From Aplysia californica (lineage: Eukaryota), in the NCBI RefSeq assembly GCF_000002075.1, contig NW_004798023.1:318675-369684 (forward strand): a stretch of 51,010 nucleotides of DNA, given 5' to 3'. The number at the start of each line of letters is the position of its first letter. Positions within the stretch are counted from its first letter, which is position 1. A program made the translations under genes and the position numbers. Below, one piece after another: positions 43,871 through 51,010 of this stretch. Below the pieces are notes generated by a model, which searched no databases, was not told where the DNA came from, and saw only the letters and a list, made by a program, of their open reading frames with translations.

Positions 43871-44485
43871 CGTCCTAAAGAGTGAATGTGAGGCAGCGTG
43901 GTGGAATCAGGCTCTCGTCAATTTTAGGGCATGTAGATTTACTGGTATCACTTTAAAGCTTGTTCACTTGTCTTTATTGGGATGAAAAAAATATCCATTT
44001 ATCTTGAATAAAAGTCGAGATATTTGCGAAAGAAGGAGGTGGGGGTCACCTGTTTTCAGAGGTAAAATTAGGGAGAAAATGGCCGCCAAAGATTAGTTAT
44101 TTGCTTAGCTTAAGAGTCTCTGGTAACTGAAAATTTACATTTTTTTGTGCCTGTAATCAACGTTTTTCAGAAAATTCACACATAAATGAGTTCTTTAATG
44201 GGCATGAAAGGTGTTGATCCAAAAAACACAAATTCGATAAAAATTCACAAACCTGCGGAAAAATTCAAGTTTCTTCACTTTGATTATTTTGACGAAAGCC
44301 TGATTCCACCTTACTGCCTCATCAATAGTCTACATTTTGTCGATGGGAGCGAATCATCGTACCGGGTGCCTATAGGCAGGATTGGATCGGGTCGATTAAA
44401 TTACATTAATTAATGACGGCTTGTCAGCACGCGCCTATTATTGATTATTCATTTCCATCGATGAAGTCTTCCTTCACACTTCAAT

Positions 44486-44929
44486 CAACAGAGTTATCTG
44501 ATTTGTCACTCCCATCATCTATCTCTTCCCTACCTTCGTCTATCTTGTCACTCCCATCAACAAACTTGTCATCCCCATCAACAATCTTGTCACTCCCATG
44601 GACAAACTTGTCACTTTTATCAACTTAAACTTGTCACTCTCGTCTTTTATCTTGTCACTCCCACTCCCATCATCTATCTTGTCACTCCCCATCATCTATC
44701 TTGCCACTCCCCATCGTCTATCTTGTCACTCCCCATCACCTATCTTGTCACTCCCATCACATATCTTGTCACTCATCTATCATTCCCACTCCCATAATCT
44801 ATTTTGTCCTTTCCATCATCTATCTTGTCCCTCCCATCATCTATCTTGTCCTTCCCATCATCTATTTTGTCCCTCCCATCATCTATCTTGTTCCTCCCAT
44901 CATCTATCTTGGCACTCCCCATCATCTAT
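44486..44929. repeat. 21/22-nt minisatellite (ATCTTGTCACTCCCATCATCT), left portion
   Basis: Same unit as 49830-50160; ends at an N-gap. Confidence 0.92.
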
Positions 44930-45029
44930 NNNNNNNNNNNNNNNNNNNNNNNNNNNNNNNNNNNNNNNNNNNNNNNNNNNNNNNNNNNNNNNNNNNNNNN
45001 NNNNNNNNNNNNNNNNNNNNNNNNNNNNN

Positions 45030-45337
45030 TTCCTCTGGGCTCTTTACTCTTTGTGTAGCCTTTTCATTGTTATTACTTGGCTCCTTACTGCTGTCTTTCA
45101 TCCACGCCCCAGATGTTACGGTAGGTAAGCCTAGCCTCCTCGGATTAGGGCGAAAAAGTTGCACACTTAAAGATCTCTTGATGGTTCAACATAGATAAAA
45201 GTAGGCTTCGGTTGCCGTCAAGGCAAAATTCATAATCAATTCTTACGCAAGTGAAAATATTTAATATGTCCTGCGCACTCATATTATTATGACCTTATGC
45301 AACTGCGAGCGCCGTAAAACACTTACCAAAACAAAAT
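45030..45337 (+). mobile_element. 3' part of a Deu/Nin-like SINE
   Basis: Core and tail match the 33480-34026 copy. Confidence 0.75.
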
Positions 45338-45339
45338 GC

Positions 45340-45620
45340 AAGAGCGACGACAACAACGACCCCTTCATGGCCACCACCACCACCAACAGTGACAATGACA
45401 ACACTCTTACCATCATCAGAACAAGTGTCTACAATAATAACAACAATGAATGACACTACCGCGGCCACCACAACCACCAACAATAACAACTACAACAACA
45501 ACGTACCACCAACAACAACAATAACAATAACTTTAAATAATAATAATAATAAATAACAACAATAATAACAATAACAATTATGATAGTAATAAAAATAAAA
45601 TAATAATAATAATAATAATA
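45340..45620. repeat. (ACA/ACC/AAT)n low-complexity microsatellite
   Basis: Seen directly. Confidence 0.85.
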
Positions 45621-45796
45621 CACATATTCATTTGTGTGTTTATATTTATATTGCCGAAAACAGAAGTCAGGAAACCTCAGAAATCAGTTTGATCACATAC
45701 AGCCTCAATACGCCTGGGGGAGAAGATAAGATAAGAAAGATAAGATACATCTTTATAGTACAGATCCTGGCACATTGGTTTGGTGTTTCACCACGT

Positions 45797-45798
<2 letters not shown>

Positions 45799-45841
<43 letters not shown>
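45799..45841. repeat. (CA)n microsatellite
   Basis: Seen directly. Confidence 0.95.
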
Positions 45842-45842
<1 letters not shown>

Positions 45843-46188
45843 TCCATATATACGCGAAGGAGCTTATTCACATACTCGTAGTACATTTTTCTCACCTATC
45901 AGTAGGCCTATGCCAGAGCCCTCTCTCCCCAAAGAAACACTGAAAAATGCAAGCAGACCCTCCTCCCTNNNNNNNNNNNNNNNNNNNNNNNNNNNNNNNN
46001 NNNNNNNNNNNNNNNNNNNNNNNNNNNNNNNNNNNNNNNNNNNNNNNNNNNNNNNNNNNNNNNNNNNNNNNNNNNNNNNNNNNNNNNNNNNNNNNNNNNN
46101 NNNNNNNNNNNNNNNNNNNNNNNNNNNNNNNNNNNNNNNNNNNNNNNNNNNNNNNNNNNNNNNNNNNNNNNNNNNNNNNNNNNNNNNN

Positions 46189-46487
46189 CAAGAAATCCGG
46201 AATCAAGATAGCACTTTCTGCGTCCGTAACCAATATCATCCCCGTCTGACGTCATCCACGAGGCGACAATCACAATGGCAATGACGAGGGCCGGAAGTAG
46301 CACCGTAAAAGCGATTCTCAACATAACAGAGTTACGTAACTCAGCAGACGTGGTGTGAGTGTTTCGGGTCTTGGCGGAGAAGACTCGCTCCATGTGCAGA
46401 CAGCAGATGAAACACCAAGAGAACGTGGCCAACCACAGGAAGTGAGTGGACACGCCCACCACGGTGCAGATCACTCCTTTCTCGTTG
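46189..46487 (-). CDS. GPCR exon B: TM3-TM4-ECL2, runs into an N-gap
   Basis: CTTTCAAG acceptor in phase 2; NEKGVICTVVGVSTHFLWLATFSW...GYGRRKCYLDSGFL. Confidence 0.88.
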
Positions 46488-49172
46488 CTTGAAAGAAAAG
46501 AAATGTAAAGTAGATATATTCCTCCTAGTATAGGGCGTGTCAACCTTTTCATAGTCAGCGCCTACTTTTTGCTACTTTTAAGTTTAAAGAGGAAAACAAT
46601 TTTAGTACGTTCCACTTTCATGAATGTCTTAGCCCACTTTTGCTAGATTTAAGTTTAGGAGGATAACATTTTTGGTACCACCCATCTACATGAATGTAAT
46701 AGCCTGCTTTGGCTTCCTATAAGAGGCTAACATTTTCGAGCTGCACACATAATAATACATGTATAATAAGCTTATAGGCTATGCATTTCCAAGCGCGGTG
46801 TTACATTTTAATAATACCTGTTACTACCAGGGTGATACTCACCGTCCAGCAAAATTACACAATCGCCCAATTGTAAATTTGCGATATTGCCCAGGTTGGC
46901 AAGAACTGATCTGTACCACTGACAAGTTCATTAGAATAACAGACAAGGCCTAAAGACGGAAATTAATGAGTGTATAATTTTATACCCCTGTAGACTCAAC
47001 ATTACAACATCATGTCCGTTCAGTTTAGCTTACTAAAGTTTTGTTATCATCAAAAGCAAGGCAAATGAACAAGTTTTAAGATGACGTCAATAACTCCATA
47101 CGTCCAAAATTGACAGGCGCCTAATTCCATCGTGTCATGAAATATTTTTTGTAGGTGAATGGGAAATAGAAAATAATAAAATACCGTGTATAGGCCTAAG
47201 CTTAAACAAATGGTCGAATAGACTTGAAACTTTGAGTTTGCAAGTTTTAAAAATTGATTTCCACGCAATTTCCATTGTGTGACTTTGTCCTCGTTTCCCG
47301 TGGACTCCTCAGACATACCGACAGCAGAGCGAAAGAAATGACCATGTCCACTTTTCCGTTTCGAGAAAAACAAGTTTGAAATTTTGACAATTTTGAAATC
47401 ACTATAACATAGTAAAAAAAGAAACGTTAATATCTCGATACCAAACTAAGCAGCGGCGTAGATATTTACAAAGTAGACAAGAGAGTGGCTTAAAATATCA
47501 CTACCCATATCGATTACTCCATTTCGACTAAAAGTGGATATAGTCACTTCTTGCGCCCAGCCATCGATACATACATGGCAATATACGAGCGTATGTACGT
47601 GTATATAAAAATTAGAAATTGGCATTTTAAACTATTTTTCCTAAGACTATAACATCTTACTAGATATAAAATATGCTTTGTATAGAAACATTTGCAACAC
47701 TACATTCTTATATCAAATATTCTGTATAGGAAAGAAGGTGGCGTTTTGTTCAGTGGTAAGAGGAAAGAAAAGAGAATGAGAGAAAGAAGAAGGGACACCA
47801 TTAGAACAAAATAGTCCTTGCCTTATTTGGGCGTCTGGGCACAGATTAATGTTGGTGTCGTGTTTAATGTGCTAGAGGTGTTGTGCATTACTAGGGGATC
47901 TATTTGATGTCCTTCCATACAAATTTGATCCAAAAGGTGGAGGAGCGAATACAATGAATAAATGATATTTTGAGTATTCATTGTTTACTCCGAGAGACAG
48001 AATATTGAACTATCATCATCATCCAGTGCCAGATCTGCGACAGACATCGGCGATCATGGTTCTCCATTCATTCCTTTGCTCGGATGCTCTAAAAAAAGCT
48101 ACGTTTCCCTGATCCTTCCCAGTTACCCATTTGTTTAGGTCCCCTAAGTATGTTGTTCTGGGCCTACCCCTGCCTCGTTTGAACTATGCAAAAGTTTTAA
48201 AAAATGCATTTGATTATTTTTTCTAAATGGGGCCAGGAAGGGGGGGGGTGTCTTACAGCATGGCTGAAGCCAGGAGCGAGCTTTGAGCCGCAGTGAGACT
48301 GACGCATAGGAGCAAGTTGTTCCAACCCGCAGAACTCCGCAGAACTGAGAACAGAGAGTATGTAGCAATCGTGGCTAGGAGACAAAGCAGAGACACGCCT
48401 ACTAGGCACAGAGTCAACAGGAACTTGACGACATCCATAAGTGACGTACTGGATCCTGTCTGACGTGCCAAAGATGAGAGCTTCTCCTCTAGCGCTTCCA
48501 CGCACACGATTAGAGAACCACCCATTTCCACCGACAAGCGATTTAGATAATACGGTTCTCCGAAAGTCAGCTCAGTTTCGTTTAAAGTCAGAGTGACTTG
48601 CGCTGTAGTTCCCCCGCTGTCCTTCTCAGAGGTGAAGTCTGACGAGTTGAACTTGACGAAAGGACAATTGAGCAGAGGGGAAAGTTCTACGAAACTTTTC
48701 ATATCGTATGAAAGCGAATACGCTTCAACGGAGTATTCGTCTCTGAGGTTTATCGAGTCTTCCTGGTAGCAAGATGATTTCTCGTGACCATAATCGTTTG
48801 TCGTGTTTACACACAAGGACATATCTACTATGAGAGCAGACGGAATACGTAAGGGCGTGAGCTTCAGCTTTCTTTCTCCAAAGCTGGCTCCAAGAGTCTT
48901 GGGAAAGAAAGTTTGGATAAGCACGTGTTCCGCCTCATCACGGGACATTTCCAGTGCAGAGATGAGGTATACGTCAACCCAGAACAAAGGAATCTGATCT
49001 CTTCCGGTTACATGAGCTCCTAGGACCTGATCAGAAGGACCGGATGTTGAAGCTACAATCACACCACACCGAACAACGCTGTAATTGGTAGTTTGAAGTG
49101 TGAGGTTGTCAATCTGAGGATATATAAGAAAACCACGGAGAGCTACATAAACATATCCTTATTATAAATAAT

Positions 49173-49232
<60 letters not shown>

Positions 49233-50428
49233 CCGTGAGCCTAACCACTAGGCCACCGACGCCACAAAGTAGCTGAACAAAGGTGGAGACAATAGCCCAG
49301 GACTGCAGAAGTACATGTTTGTATAATGTATGGAGAGCTCTTGTAGCTGGCCAGTACTCTGACACAAGGTAAAAAAGGCTGATGAGGATGGTGATGATGT
49401 ACACTAAAGTACCCAATCTTTTCTTGTTATAACAGACATTTCTCAAAGAACCGTATATATGTTACCTAAGTGGGTCATTGTCCAGCACCTCAGCTAAGAT
49501 GGCTAGGGCCCAGAAAGCCCCAGTGACGGAAGACAATTTGACATAGATCCAGAAGAGGCGTCGTTCTTCTGAGCGGAACCCTTTGCCAGTCTGCAGGGAG
49601 CGCACTCGCTGTATACGTACGATGGTCATGATGAAGAGAGTGTAGTTTAACAACAGTGCCACAGCCAGGGGCGCCACCATCGCTACGCCTGGAAACAGAC
49701 ACCAGGATATGAATATATATATAATAAAANNNNNNNNNNNNNNNNNNNNNNNNNNNNNNNNNNNNNNNNNNNNNNNNNNNNNNNNNNNNNNNNNNNNNNN
49801 NNNNNNNNNNNNNNNNNNNNNNNNNNNNNTCTTGTCACTCCCATCATCTATCTTGTCACTCCCCATCATCTATCTTGTCACTCCCATCACCTATCTTGTC
49901 ACTCCCCATCATCTATCTTGTCACTCCCCATCATCTATCTTGCCACTCCCATCATCTATCTTGTCACTCCCATCATCTATCTTTGCACTCCCATCATCTA
50001 TCTTGGCACTCCCATTTACTAAATTGTCTCTCCCATCATCTAACTTGTCACTCCCATTAACTAACTTGTCACTTTTATCAGCAAACTTGTCACTCTGACT
50101 TTGATTAACAAAGTTGTCTCTCCCATAAACCGTCTTGTCACTCCCATAAACAGAGTTATCATAATTTAGACTCCGACATGAAACATCGCCAGAAGAGACC
50201 GTCTTCGTCTCTGTCACGTCCGCCTTGCTCGTTCTGTCATCGGCGCCATGTTGTCTTCCCCGCTGTATTGAGGACGCGAACCGCCCCACTGTGCTGCGGT
50301 TGGTGGATGAGGTCTCGGACACTTCGAGACCAAGGGCGCCACGGTAGAGTCGAGCGACTCGCTCGTTGCACACGTAGGACAGGAACAGGAAAGCGCCTTG
50401 GGAGCCATTCAGCAAGATGGCCGCCAGT
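46189..50428 (-). CDS. Class-B (secretin/adhesion/Methuselah-like) 7TM GPCR, partial; exons out of order in this assembly
   Basis: Four exons give ectodomain end + TM1-TM7 when read in the order 49113-48257, 46487-46189(gap), 49688-49466, 50428-49921. The A-B and C-D junctions are phase compatible. 7tm_2-type motifs: TYSLFSVLRSSAG, C.VVGVSTHFLWLATFSW, IGYG..CYL, YVKLSSVTG, LNGSQGAFLFLSYVCN. Confidence 0.85.
48257..49113 (-). CDS. GPCR exon A: ectodomain C-terminal part + TM1-TM2
   Basis: TCCTCAG acceptor, CT|GTAAGA donor, 857-nt open frame. Confidence 0.88.
49176..49230. repeat. (CA)n microsatellite
   Basis: Seen directly. Confidence 0.95.
49466..49688 (-). CDS. GPCR exon C: TM5-TM6
   Basis: TTTCCAG acceptor, AG|GTAAC donor; GVAMVAPLAVALLLNYTLF...IYVKLSSVTGAFW. 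Confidence 0.88.
49830..50160. repeat. 21/22-nt minisatellite overlapping the GPCR C-terminal coding region
   Basis: On the - strand the unit GATGATGGGAGTGACAAGATA encodes DDGSDKI. Confidence 0.92.
49921..50428 (-). CDS. GPCR exon D: TM7 + C-tail ending in (DDGSDKI)-like repeats
   Basis: TTCCACAG acceptor in phase 2; RLAAILLNGSQGAFLFLSYVCNERV. Confidence 0.85.
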
Positions 50429-50963
50429 CTGTGGAAATCATCGAAACACGACCAACTTAAACAACGTTCTTTTGCTTGTTTTGTTGGCATTATCGTCATT
50501 TTTTTGTTTTAGTTTCTGTCTGGTTTTTTGTTTTCTTGCAAAGGGATGGGGTGGTGTTTTAGGGGTGGGGAGTGATTGCCCAATGAGACATACATAAGTG
50601 TATCTTTGTTGCGAATATGGGCTCTAGTTTGGTCCACTGGGGAAAAAAAGTAAAGAAAAAGTTATGATGGGGTCTTTCTGATGGAACGTACATCTGCTTT
50701 AAAGGCCACCTGTGCAAGACAATCACTTGTGCAAACGACGTATCGCACTTTTCCAATCGCGCTGCACATTAATATTTAACCAACACTGACGTTCATCAAC
50801 TGAATCTAATGGAAATTGACTGGACACACCTTGACAAAACCGAAAACAAATATTACCCACCAAGCTTTAAGATTAAATCGACAAGGAAATACATGTAGAA
50901 AGAAATGAAGGCTTAAAAGTACTTGGAGGAGGGACTTAGGTTCGGACTTAATGGAGGAAAAAT

Positions 50964-50965
<2 letters not shown>

Positions 50966-51010
<45 letters not shown>
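50966..51010. repeat. (TAA)n microsatellite
   Basis: Seen directly at the end of the window. Confidence 0.95.

Noticed and set aside
44413-45198. Ser/Leu/Pro/His-rich + strand ORFs (also 49709-50098)
   Set aside because: These are translations of the 21-nt minisatellite and of N-gaps.

Overview
AT-rich metazoan genomic DNA, probably lophotrochozoan/molluscan (inferred from the Deu/Nin-type SINEs and the GPCR type), from a draft scaffold with seven N-gaps. Four spliced protein-coding genes can be reconstructed by hand with GT-AG introns in consistent phase. (1) A + strand annexin (ANXA7/A11-like), 16 coding exons at 3657-24480, 556 aa, with a long Pro/Gly/Tyr/Gln-rich N-terminus and three unusual insertions. 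(2) PDRG1 on the - strand, 3 coding exons, 137 aa. (3) EXOSC5/Rrp46 on the + strand, 2 coding exons, 232 aa, head-to-head with PDRG1. (4) A partial class-B (secretin/adhesion/Methuselah-like) 7TM receptor on the - strand. Its exons lie out of order in this assembly and its C-tail runs into a 21-nt coding minisatellite. Introns and intergenic DNA carry RTE-type LINE 3' fragments, tRNA-derived SINEs, a Tigger/pogo remnant, TTAA-type MITEs and a 3.5-kb Mutator-like element (9-bp TSD) with a foldback array inside it. No prokaryotic-type system or CRISPR array is present. The most notable observations are the scrambled GPCR exon order (most likely a microsatellite-mediated misassembly), the divergent annexin architecture and the coding minisatellite.
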